From the IMG/VR virus record IMGVR_UViG_3300050343_000199, positions 96,001-160,000 of that record: a stretch of 64,000 nt of DNA. One strand, 5' to 3'. The notes beneath the pieces were generated by a model. That model was not told where the DNA came from, did no database searches, and was given only the letters and a program-made list of their open reading frames with translations. The translations under genes and the position numbers were made by a program. This DNA comes from a virus. This document shows, in pieces, positions 37,307-45,327 of the stretch; position 1 is the stretch's first letter; each line of letters opens with the position of its first letter.

Positions 37307-37516
37307 TTATTCAGTTTGTTTGTAAAGTTCTTCCAGTTTTTCTCTAGACAAATCTACATACAACACCTTTTCACCTAGTTGAGGTGCTTCAGGATGTCTC
37401 CGAGATCTAGCACCCCAGTAAATAGATTTAAGATTGTAGTACATAAGAGCAAAAGCACCACCAGTAATGAGAGCGAAGCATACAAAGTAAAGTGTGACTT
37501 CAAAACTATTCATCAT
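37307..37516 (-). CDS. Small membrane protein
   Basis: TM segment plus RHPEAP..G..LYV. Confidence 0.7.
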   Translation of the reverse strand: MMNSFEVTLYFVCFALITGGAFALMYYNLKSIYWGARSRRHPEAPQLGEKVLYVDLSREKLEELYKQTE

Positions 37517-37734
37517 GCCTCCTGAAGAGATTGAACTGTGTTGTGAAGTTCTCCAATGTCACGGAGACCTTCAACGCTGAACCATGGGGCATTCGCCCAA
37601 CTAAATCCTTCACCCATGGTGCTATCAGGTGCTGTGATATACCAATGACATGCTGTGTCTGGTACATCTACTGCACACTTGGACCAATCATCCTGCCACT
37701 GTGGGACTTGCACCCACATCAATGCAGCAAACAT
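37513..37734 (-). CDS. Conserved hypothetical protein
   Basis: WVQVPQW.DDWS.CAVDVPD..CHWY. Confidence 0.75.
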   Translation of the reverse strand: MFAALMWVQVPQWQDDWSKCAVDVPDTACHWYITAPDSTMGEGFSWANAPWFSVEGLRDIGELHNTVQSLQEA

Positions 37735-37755
37735 AAAAGTGAAGAGTGATTTAGA

Positions 37756-38811
37756 TCACAGTGCGTTACCTCTTGGTAAAACTTCTTCAGGGAATACGAA
37801 TGACTCATGTGGTTGATCAACTGGTGCCAACCATGCACGTAGTCCTTCATTCAATAGGATGTTCTTGGTGTAGAAGGTCTCAAATTCTGGATCTTCTGCT
37901 GCTCTGATCTCTTGACTCACGAAATCGTAAGCACGAAGATTGAGAGCAAGACCAATAATGCCAATAGAGGATGTCCATAGACCCATAACAGGCACAAACA
38001 ACATGAAGAAATGAAGCCACCGCTTGTTAGAAAACGCAATGCCGAAGATCTGCGACCAGAAGCGGTTTGCAGTGACCATAGAGTAAGTTTCCTCCTCTTG
38101 TGTTGAATCAAACGCCTTAAAGGTGTTTGCTTGATCTCCGTCTTCATACAGTGTATTCTCTACAGTTACGCCATGGATTGCAGATAGCAATGCTCCACCT
38201 AGGATACCAGCAACACCCATCATATGGAATGGGTTGAGCGTCCAGTTATGGAAGCCCTGTAGGAAGAGTAGGAACCTAAATATCGCTGCAACACCAAACG
38301 ACGGTGCAAAGAACCAACTGGACTGTCCGAGAGGATAGATGAGAAACACACTGACAAAAACAGCGATAGGCCCAGAGAACGCAATAGCATTGTACGGTCG
38401 GATACCAATGAGACGTGCCAGTTCAAACTGACGGAGCATGAAACCAATTAGGGCGAAGGCACCGTGGAGAGCCACGAAATTCCATAGTCCCCCAAGTTGG
38501 ATCCACCTGACGAAATCCCCTTGAGCTTCAGGACCCCAAAGTAGAAGAAGAGAATGACCCATAGCATCAGCAGGCGTTGAGACAGCCGCTGTAAGGAAAT
38601 TAGCACCCTCAAGGTACGAACTTGCAAGTCCGTGGGTGTACCAACTCGTAGCAAATGTTGTGCCCGTAAGCCAGCCACCAATTGCAAGATAAGCAGTGGG
38701 AAGAAGAAGTAATCCAGACCAACCCACAAAGACAAAGCGATCCCGTTTAAGCCAGTCATCCAGGATATCAAACCATCCCCTCCGTTGTTGTTGTAATGTT
38801 GACGCTACCAT
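37756..38811 (-). CDS. psbD: Photosystem II D2 protein
   Basis: [16 protein letters not shown]...[10 protein letters not shown]; uninterrupted. Confidence 0.99.
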   Translation of the reverse strand: MVASTLQQQRRGWFDILDDWLKRDRFVFVGWSGLLLLPTAYLAIGGWLTGTTFATSWYTHGLASSYLEGANFLTAAVSTPADAMGHSLLLLWGPEAQGDFVRWIQLGGLWNFVALHGAFALIGFMLRQFELARLIGIRPYNAIAFSGPIAVFVSVFLIYPLGQSSWFFAPSFGVAAIFRFLLFLQGFHNWTLNPFHMMGVAGILGGALLSAIHGVTVENTLYEDGDQANTFKAFDSTQEEETYSMVTANRFWSQIFGIAFSNKRWLHFFMLFVPVMGLWTSSIGIIGLALNLRAYDFVSQEIRAAEDPEFETFYTKNILLNEGLRAWLAPVDQPHESFVFPEEVLPRGNAL

Positions 38812-38897
38812 TTTTTGTTTCCTTTATTTAAAAATGTTCAGACACATTAGAATAGTAGCACACAGAGTATGGGAACTACTAGAGTAAGAATGCCTAT

Positions 38898-38926
38898 AAA
38901 AAACCCCCCCACATATGTGAGGGGGT
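38898..38926 (-). terminator. Terminator after psbA
   Basis: C/G-rich stem with ACATATGT loop region, followed by T-tract. Confidence 0.7.
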
Positions 38927-38946
38927 GGAGACTACCAGAGGTTGTA

Positions 38947-40026
38947 TCATCCAATGGTAGGTGCCTGAAGTGCAACAGGAGTTGACTCAACAGCTGCTAG
39001 GTCAAGTGGGAAGTTGTGTGCGTTACGCTCATGCATAACTTCCATACCCAAACCTGCGCGGTTCAATACGTCTGCCCAGGTGTTGAGCACACGACCCTGA
39101 CCATCAAGGATGGACTGGTTGAAGTTGAAACCGTTGAGGTTGAACGCCATCGTGGAGACACCAAGTGCGGTGAACCAGATGCCAACAACTGGCCATGCAG
39201 CAAGGAAGAAGTGCAATGAACGTGAGTTGTTGAATGATGCGTATTGGAAGATCAAGCGACCGAAGTACCCGTGGGCAGCAACGATGTTGTATGTCTCTTC
39301 TTCTTGACCGAACTTGTAACCGTAGTTCTGTGACTCTGTTTCAGTTGTTTCACGAACAAGTGAGGAAGTAACGAGACTTCCATGCATAGCAGAGAAAAGA
39401 GATCCACCGAATACCCCAGCAACACCGAGCATATGGAACGGGTGCATAAGGATGTTGTGTTCTGCTTGGAATACAAGCATGTAGTTAAAAGTACCAGAGA
39501 TACCAAGAGGCATAGCATCGGAGAAAGAACCTTGACCGAAAGGATAGACGAGGAATACTGCACTCGCAGCAGCGACTGGTGCCGAGTAGGCAACACAGAT
39601 CCATGGACGCATACCTAAACGGTATGACAGTTCCCATTCACGTCCCATATATGCAAAGATACCAATGAGGAAGTGAAAGATAACCAGTTGGAAAGGACCA
39701 CCATTGTAAAGCCATTCATCCAAAGATGCTGCTTCCCAGATGGGGTAGAAGTGAAGACCGATTGCGTTTGAAGAAGGAACAACTGCACCAGAGATGATGT
39801 TGTTACCATACATGAGTGAACCAGCTACGGGTTCACGGATACCGTCAATGTCCACGGGGGGAGCAGCGACGAAAGCGACGATGAAACAGATAGTTGCAGC
39901 AAGCAACGTAGGAATCATCAGTACGCCGAACCAACCAACATACAGACGGTTGTTGGTAGAAGTTACCCACTCGCAGAAGTTATCCCACGAAGAGGCAGAT
40001 TGTTGCCTTGAAAGAGTTGAAGCCAT
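38947..40026 (-). CDS. psbA: Photosystem II D1 protein (E130 form)
   Basis: [10 protein letters not shown]...[13 protein letters not shown]; MGREWEL; no intron. Confidence 0.99.
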   Translation of the reverse strand: MASTLSRQQSASSWDNFCEWVTSTNNRLYVGWFGVLMIPTLLAATICFIVAFVAAPPVDIDGIREPVAGSLMYGNNIISGAVVPSSNAIGLHFYPIWEAASLDEWLYNGGPFQLVIFHFLIGIFAYMGREWELSYRLGMRPWICVAYSAPVAAASAVFLVYPFGQGSFSDAMPLGISGTFNYMLVFQAEHNILMHPFHMLGVAGVFGGSLFSAMHGSLVTSSLVRETTETESQNYGYKFGQEEETYNIVAAHGYFGRLIFQYASFNNSRSLHFFLAAWPVVGIWFTALGVSTMAFNLNGFNFNQSILDGQGRVLNTWADVLNRAGLGMEVMHERNAHNFPLDLAAVESTPVALQAPTIG

Positions 40027-40034
40027 TGTTTTGA

Positions 40035-40135
40035 AAAAAGTAAGATCATCAGGGAGATGATGGTTTTACTATTCCTCTGCGCCCTAGGCAGAGGTATGAA
40101 AGACGTGTTTATACACCCTATAGGTCTTGGTTTGA
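40035..40135 (-). ncRNA. psbA 5'-UTR structured RNA (PhotoRC-II-like)
   Basis: CCAAGAC..GTCTT, ATACCTCTGC-CTAGG-GCGCAGAGGAATAGTAA, ATCATC..GATGAT helices directly upstream of psbA; family assigned from recall. Confidence 0.6.
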
Positions 40136-40185
40136 GGAGTGTTACGAACCGTTAAGAAATATGTTGATTCCTTAACTAACCGATG

Positions 40186-40219
40186 TATTTAGTATAGCAG
40201 GTGGTCGGTTTCCCGTCAA
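40186..40219 (-). promoter_or_regulatory. Dual sigma70/late promoter for psbA
   Basis: TTGACG-17 nt-TATACT with overlapping CTAAATA (40186-40192). Confidence 0.85.
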
Positions 40220-40349
40220 CCCTTAAAAGATGAGTACTTGTACTTATTTCTAAGGGGGTGCTTGGGGACCTTGTGCTTTGGGTTTCTTTTCAAATCCTTT
40301 TTAAGATCCGCAAGAAACCTAAGGTGCTGCTTGGTGTTGGTGGATGGTA

Positions 40350-40526
40350 TCAGAATGATGCGTCCTCAACACTGTATTCAGTATAGCATGATTCTATCTC
40401 CCAGTGCTCCCAATCCACCTCTTTTTTTGCCAGCATTTGTTCCAGTTCTTCGGTTGTCACACTGTGCTTGATGACTTCCGTTGACTTAACATTTTTTTTA
40501 TAAATGTGAAATACTCTGTCGTTCAT
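40350..40526 (-). CDS. Small hypothetical protein (58 aa)
   Basis: Read manually: MNDRVFHIYKK...WEHWEIESCYTEYSVEDASF*. Confidence 0.6.
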   Translation of the reverse strand: MNDRVFHIYKKNVKSTEVIKHSVTTEELEQMLAKKEVDWEHWEIESCYTEYSVEDASF

Positions 40527-40542
40527 GTAATTTATTGAAAAG

Positions 40543-40579
40543 AAAAAAGGGACCTTCTGTTATGTGGCAGAGGTCCCTT
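40543..40579 (-). terminator. Terminator after the hli block
   Basis: AAGGGACCTCTGCCACATAACAGAAGGTCCCTT followed by T-tract. Confidence 0.75.
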
Positions 40580-40602
40580 GCGGCGACGATATATTCTATT
40601 TA

Positions 40603-40746
40603 TTAGTTGGTAGGAACCATAATAGGTGTCATCATTCCGCCATCACCTCCACCATCACCATCATCATCAGATTGTCTTATAATCAATAGCATAAAATTTG
40701 CTACCATAAATCCAACTATTAATGCTAGGAAGTTAGAGGTGTCCAT
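40603..40746 (-). CDS. Small membrane peptide with DDDGDGGG tract (47 aa)
   Basis: Read manually: MDTSNFLALIVGFMVANFMLLIIRQSDDDGDGGGDGGMMTPIMVPTN*. Confidence 0.7.
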   Translation of the reverse strand: MDTSNFLALIVGFMVANFMLLIIRQSDDDGDGGGDGGMMTPIMVPTN

Positions 40747-40853
40747 CACCAAATACCTGGGATGAGTTGTCCTGTAGTTGCATAGCTACCGATAGCAGCG
40801 ATGACTCCGAGCATTGCTGCCCAACCGTTGATGCGTTCTGCGTTTTCGTTCAT
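40746..40853 (-). CDS. hli: High-light-inducible protein (short HLIP, 35 aa)
   Basis: Read manually: MNENAERINGWAAMLGVIAAIGSYATTGQLIPGIW*. Confidence 0.93.
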   Translation of the reverse strand: MNENAERINGWAAMLGVIAAIGSYATTGQLIPGIW

Positions 40854-41065
40854 GAGTTTTCTCCTAGTGTAAGATAAAATTTGGTTTGGTCTGATGGTGA
40901 GTTCTCGTAGATGGAACTATCACCATACTCTTTGTGGTCTTTGTATCCAACCATACGACCTTTCGTATTTTGGATCGCTCCCATCATAGCAATGATCAGG
41001 AAGATTGCAGGTGGTCCAATGATAAGGGCACCTCCAATCACATAATAAGTCAGTAGTTCAATCAT
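40850..41065 (-). CDS. Small membrane protein
   Basis: TM segment plus MVGYKDHKEYG. Confidence 0.7.
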   Translation of the reverse strand: MIELLTYYVIGGALIIGPPAIFLIIAMMGAIQNTKGRMVGYKDHKEYGDSSIYENSPSDQTKFYLTLGENS

Positions 41066-41283
41066 CAGAATCCGAACGCTCCAAAGAAAAATACGCTACC
41101 ACTGAAAGCATAAGAGACAACAGCAGCAACAAATCCAACCATAGCAGTCCGTCCATTTAATTTCTCTGCTTTCTCTGCATATGTCTCGTAACCGTAACGT
41201 TCTGCGTCGGTCTGGGAGATGTACATTTGTGGTTCTCTGGCGAACATGTTTGTCCGTCCACCATCTTCAGTTGTTACAGTCAT
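41065..41283 (-). CDS. hli: High-light-inducible protein (long HLIP)
   Basis: MTVTTEDGGR.NMFA.EP..AEKLNGR.AM.G. Confidence 0.95.
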   Translation of the reverse strand: MTVTTEDGGRTNMFAREPQMYISQTDAERYGYETYAEKAEKLNGRTAMVGFVAAVVSYAFSGSVFFFGAFGF

Positions 41284-41310
41284 GATACGTTTCGTAATGA
41301 ATCTTTACAT

Positions 41311-41339
41311 AGTATATAGTAAGTCAGAGCTTATGTCAA
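41311..41339 (-). promoter_or_regulatory. Sigma70 promoter for the hli operon
   Basis: TTGACA-17 nt-TATACT. Confidence 0.85.
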
Positions 41340-41407
41340 GCATAAAGTGTGCCATTTTGAACAGTGGCACACCGCTAAATAAAATATATACCGCTTTGGT
41401 AAATCGT

Positions 41408-41902
41408 ATGAAAAGGTTTTTACCTATCATAATGTTACTGATGACGGCACCAGCAGCGAATGCAGGTGCTCTTACACATAGATTATCTTCCAGTGTTCAA
41501 CTAACCGTTGATGCTGCTGCTACTAACGTTACAAGATTAGGAAGTACATACTCTGTTTCTGGTAGTGGTGTAGATACTACTGACGGAACCACAGTTAACA
41601 CAATTTCTACTGGTGCAATTACTAGTGGAATAATGTCTCCTGGTACTATTGCTGCCACTCAAGATAACCCAGGAAGTGCTTTTAGTTATTCACAGTCTTA
41701 CACACAAGGTGATGCAATTCCAACGAGTGCAGTCACTGTTGGTGATGTAGCAAACTTCGGCAATATTACATCTACAACTGCAGGATCTGCTGGTTCTCTA
41801 GCTGGTACTCTTAGTACTGCTGGTGCTCTCACGATAACAGCTGGTGGAGCTGGTACAAATGCTACGGGACAATTTGTCTCTGAACTCACGATTCTACACT
41901 AA
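41408..41902 (+). CDS. Secreted beta-rich hypothetical protein
   Basis: Signal peptide MKRFLPIIMLLMTAPAANA; late box CTAAATA at 41375-41381. Confidence 0.8.
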   Translation: MKRFLPIIMLLMTAPAANAGALTHRLSSSVQLTVDAAATNVTRLGSTYSVSGSGVDTTDGTTVNTISTGAITSGIMSPGTIAATQDNPGSAFSYSQSYTQGDAIPTSAVTVGDVANFGNITSTTAGSAGSLAGTLSTAGALTITAGGAGTNATGQFVSELTILH

Positions 41903-41922
41903 ATAAATGGGGATCAGAGATC

Positions 41923-42393
41923 ATGACTTCTGGAAGGATAACACTCTGGTATGTCCTAAGTGCGGTGGTTGCAAGTGTCATACCTGCAACTGCCCTGGCG
42001 GTCCCCGTGGTCCCAAACTTCAGCCAGGGCTCCATGACGAGCCACACAGAAACAACGTCAAAGGTGACTGAGACGATTAACTCTATAGATTATGCAACAG
42101 GATGGCAATATTCAGTATCGGGCACAAACGTGACCAATGGGGGACAATCTCTAAGTCCCAACCCAACAACAAACTCAGTGATAGTGAATCCATTAGGAGG
42201 AACAGAGGGGCAAGTAACAAGCGCGAACTCTGGTCTAAATTTAAATGGACAGAGTTTCACGATCGCAGAACCAGGAGCAGCATTCCAGTTCACTCAGACC
42301 TACATGGGACCGGGTGTAACGAATCAAACTGTGATTCAAAGAACAACAGAGGTTACCAGCGTAACCGACACCACAAGTATCTTTACCCAGTAG
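41923..42393 (+). CDS. Secreted beta-rich hypothetical protein
   Basis: Signal peptide then VPVVPNFSQGSMTS; CTAAATA at 41899-41905. Confidence 0.8.
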   Translation: MTSGRITLWYVLSAVVASVIPATALAVPVVPNFSQGSMTSHTETTSKVTETINSIDYATGWQYSVSGTNVTNGGQSLSPNPTTNSVIVNPLGGTEGQVTSANSGLNLNGQSFTIAEPGAAFQFTQTYMGPGVTNQTVIQRTTEVTSVTDTTSIFTQ

Positions 42394-43391
42394 TATTATG
42401 TCTAACTCAACTTGCGACTGTCCCTGCCACACTGGCGGCAGATGTCGGGGGTGTAAGTGCAACAGCAAATCCGATAGCTAATAGTTCAGGCTCAGTTACG
42501 AACCAAGCTATTCAGGTATTACAAGGACCATATATCACTAACCAATATGGTGGTGGTATCGCATGTCAAGGACCTACTGCTAACATAACACCATTCATTA
42601 CTCATGCTCGTAATGAGAAGGATCCATTTGAGACACACTACATGGAACCTCAATACGACAACAGAGATTTTGAAGGTCAGATGGTAGAGACTCAAAAAAA
42701 TGTGAAGAACTGGCCATGGGAATCTTGGTATGATGATAGAACATATACCAACTCAGATGGTGAGACTGTTCGTGCATTTGAAGATGGTGCAGACATGACT
42801 ATCACTACCATGGAAATGATGGGTGATGGTGTGCCTGATAATCCAGGTCACGAACTCTGGAGGAAACCAGTAAGAACTGGAGACACTAGAAATTATAGCA
42901 CAAGCGTTGGATTATCTGCAACAATCTCTTTCCCACTTGATGGTGGAATGCAAGAGCGTTGTAAGCAAGCAGCAGATACTCAGATTCAAATGCAGCAACA
43001 GATGATTGCTAATAAAAGATTAGATTTTGAGATTGCGAGACTTAAGAATTGCGGTCAGTTAATGCAGGCAGGTATCAGTTTCCACCCACGTAGCCCATAC
43101 TTTAAAATATGTGCAGACGTGGTAGTTAACAATGTTAATACCGTCAAGCAACATCGTCACTCTATCCCTTCGGTTTCAGTGCCGAACGTAAGATCTTTAT
43201 CGCCCGGTTCCGATCCCGTTGCTCCGCCTTCCTCTCAGTCGCAGACAATACAGGGGGCTTCTTACCCCGTAAGGCAGCAATCTTCTTCACAACCTTCTTC
43301 GTCACAGGTTTCACCACTTTTAACAAAAGATCAGCAAGAGGCTTTGCAAGCAGTGCAGAGGTCGTCGCAACTACAGCAATTGAGGCGGTAA
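42102..43391 (+). CDS. Conserved cyanophage envelope-type protein; true start uncertain (near 42370)
   Basis: GGVSATANPIANSSGSVTNQAIQVLQGP and RLDFEIARLKNCG motifs; only ATG lies deep in the upstream gene. Confidence 0.7.
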   Translation: MAIFSIGHKRDQWGTISKSQPNNKLSDSESIRRNRGASNKRELWSKFKWTEFHDRRTRSSIPVHSDLHGTGCNESNCDSKNNRGYQRNRHHKYLYPVVLCLTQLATVPATLAADVGGVSATANPIANSSGSVTNQAIQVLQGPYITNQYGGGIACQGPTANITPFITHARNEKDPFETHYMEPQYDNRDFEGQMVETQKNVKNWPWESWYDDRTYTNSDGETVRAFEDGADMTITTMEMMGDGVPDNPGHELWRKPVRTGDTRNYSTSVGLSATISFPLDGGMQERCKQAADTQIQMQQQMIANKRLDFEIARLKNCGQLMQAGISFHPRSPYFKICADVVVNNVNTVKQHRHSIPSVSVPNVRSLSPGSDPVAPPSSQSQTIQGASYPVRQQSSSQPSSSQVSPLLTKDQQEALQAVQRSSQLQQLRR

Positions 43392-43974
43392 CAGTTATCA
43401 TACCTGCTGATGGTATGTTCTGTACAATCTGATCAGGTATTGTAAGGTTTTCAAATACAGGGAGACATTCTTTTCCGACTGTCTCATACCCAGTAATCTT
43501 TTTATTACCCTCTAGGATTTTTCCTACAGGGTTTTTTAATTCTTGTGCTCTACTAGGACACTCTGCTAATGCAGCATCAGTTTTAGGAGCTGGTGGTGTA
43601 GCAGGAGTCTCTGGTGTTTTTGTATCTGGTGGAATGATTGGTGGAGGTGGTGGACCCTCATTTGTTATAGTTAACCTACGTGGATCATAATCTATTGGAT
43701 TATAACTAGGTGTTCCTGCATCACAGAATACTTGTACACCATCTCTATCTTCTTCTTTGAGTGTTTGATTCTCACTACTATCCCTATGGGACTCAACACA
43801 CCCTGGTATATTAATAATAGGAATACCCACCTGTGTAGTTACGGGTGGGTAAATTGGTAGTGCCTGTGGAGGATTAGTCATCCAATCAGGCATTACATTA
43901 ATATTCAAATCACGAATATCACCAACACGAATATCATTATTCGGTATATTAATATTAGGTATGTCCATCAGCAA
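43162..43974 (-). CDS. Pro-rich protein with C-terminal membrane anchor
   Basis: CVE.H..C.AG.PSY, PPPPP linker, TM segment ITVTASIAVVATTSALLA. Confidence 0.8.
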   Translation of the reverse strand: MLMDIPNINIPNNDIRVGDIRDLNINVMPDWMTNPPQALPIYPPVTTQVGIPIINIPGCVESHRDSSENQTLKEEDRDGVQVFCDAGTPSYNPIDYDPRRLTITNEGPPPPPIIPPDTKTPETPATPPAPKTDAALAECPSRAQELKNPVGKILEGNKKITGYETVGKECLPVFENLTIPDQIVQNIPSAGMITVTASIAVVATTSALLAKPLADLLLKVVKPVTKKVVKKIAALRGKKPPVLSATERKAEQRDRNRAIKILRSALKPKG

Positions 43975-44600
43975 TCATTAAATACACTACCAACTGTAGA
44001 ACCAAGTGAGGATCCTGCCTTTTGTCCTAGTAGAAGTGCCCATCCACCTGCTAACCATCCAACGTATGGGATGCCAACAGCAGCAGGAACAGCAACACCA
44101 GCAGCGATAGCACTACCTGCCATTGCACCTTGACTCCGTGCGCCAGCGTCCGCCACTAAACACTCTGCTTCTTTTGCAGTCAACTTTCCCTCATCATCTG
44201 TTGCACCTCCCATATTTCTGGTGCCTTCCATAGTGAACTGATCGCTACGATACTCACGACGGTTCTCGTATTTCTTACCACCAAAGAATCCACTTTGATT
44301 TTTTTGAAGTTCTAAGGATCTATCGGACTGGAGAACTTTAGGATCGTTTGCACGATACTCAATCTCATATCCATCCTTACCAGCTTTAATGGTATATGAT
44401 GAATAATCTCCACGAGGGATATTGATTGTGGGTACGTTTGGAACTTGTGGTTCTTCTGGTCTATGGATTACATAACCCAACAAACCAACATGTGCTAAAG
44501 CAAAGAGTCCACCTAGTGTCAGTGCAATACCTTTGATAGGAGACTTATTTGGTGCCCCAACTTTTTCAGTTCCATCTACTCTAAATGTTTCGTTAGTCAT
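43968..44600 (-). CDS. Membrane protein (N- and C-terminal hydrophobic segments)
   Basis: YEIEY.ANDP motif; Gly/Ala-rich C-terminal helices. Confidence 0.8.
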   Translation of the reverse strand: MTNETFRVDGTEKVGAPNKSPIKGIALTLGGLFALAHVGLLGYVIHRPEEPQVPNVPTINIPRGDYSSYTIKAGKDGYEIEYRANDPKVLQSDRSLELQKNQSGFFGGKKYENRREYRSDQFTMEGTRNMGGATDDEGKLTAKEAECLVADAGARSQGAMAGSAIAAGVAVPAAVGIPYVGWLAGGWALLLGQKAGSSLGSTVGSVFNDC

Positions 44601-44602
44601 AG

Positions 44603-44866
44603 TTAGAATGGCAAGGAAGGAATAGCACCACCAGTAGCAGCAGGCATACCTATAGCACCACCAGTAGCACCAGGGAGTTCTGGCATTGCAGAGTCCATCA
44701 TTCCAGGAAGTTGTCCAGCAATTGCTTCTGCTGCTGCAGATGCAACTTGAGATTTAATATTCTCAACAATAGAATCTTTATTGAGATATAGTGCGGTGCC
44801 TCCACCGATGATACCTGCAGTTCCTACAAATGATAGTACTGCTAAAACATTAATTACTTTTTGCAT
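44603..44866 (-). CDS. Small membrane-anchored protein
   Basis: MQKVINVLAVLSF.GTAGI. Confidence 0.8.
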   Translation of the reverse strand: MQKVINVLAVLSFVGTAGIIGGGTALYLNKDSIVENIKSQVASAAAEAIAGQLPGMMDSAMPELPGATGGAIGMPAATGGAIPSLPF

Positions 44867-44877
44867 TTTATTCTCCG

Positions 44878-45303
44878 TTACATTTTATATTTTTCATCAG
44901 TAGAAATTTTGACTGGTGCCTGTTCAATACGAATAGTTTGTCCAGGTGCAGTTTGTGCTGCTTTCTCAATCAATCTTTCCATCTGTTCTTTGGTGATACC
45001 ACCACCACCATTACTACTACCACCTTCTCCTGCTTTCTTCGCTGCCTGGACACCAAAAGTAGCTAAAACTCCAGTGAAGACGCTGGCGATAAAAGTTGGA
45101 TCTAGTTTTTGTTCAGGAATTCCAAGTGCTGGTGGAAGTTTGATGTATGCCAGCGTGAGTATTCCGCCAGACCAAACAAGGATGCCGAGCCTAACAAAAG
45201 TAGACAGAATAGCAAGCTGCTCTTCTTTATCATCTGCTGCCTCCTTAATTTTACCGAGAAGACCTTTCTTTTTAGGTTCTTCCTTCTTTACTTCTTCTGA
45301 CAT
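44878..45303 (-). CDS. Two-TM membrane protein
   Basis: LVRLGIL.WSG.ILTL.Y, DPTFIASVFTG.LATFG; late box AATAAATA at 45325-45332. Confidence 0.85.
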   Translation of the reverse strand: MSEEVKKEEPKKKGLLGKIKEAADDKEEQLAILSTFVRLGILVWSGGILTLAYIKLPPALGIPEQKLDPTFIASVFTGVLATFGVQAAKKAGEGGSSNGGGGITKEQMERLIEKAAQTAPGQTIRIEQAPVKISTDEKYKM

Positions 45304-45327
45304 ACATCAACAGCAAGGCTCTTTTAT

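Noticed and set aside
38811-40026. Group I intron or homing endonuclease at psbA/psbD
   Set aside because: psbA (359 aa) and psbD (351 aa) are uninterrupted, and the ~135-nt spacer holds only a terminator; nrdA, nrdB and thyX are also continuous.
40130-40140. ACTCCTCAAAC, one mismatch from the Yfr1 sRNA core motif
   Set aside because: An 11-mer with a mismatch inside the psbA leader, lacking the Yfr1 flanking hairpin context; insufficient evidence.
40217-40348. Open basic frame (IPSTNTKQHLRFLADLKKDL...) upstream of the psbA promoter
   Set aside because: No ATG/GTG/TTG start in frame; cannot be supported as a gene.
42398-42481. Metallothionein-like peptide MSNSTCDCPCHTGGRCRGCKCNSKSDS*
   Set aside because: The Cys codons arise as off-frame T|GC and T|GT from the Ala/Val-rich conserved frame; no SD; likely a by-product.
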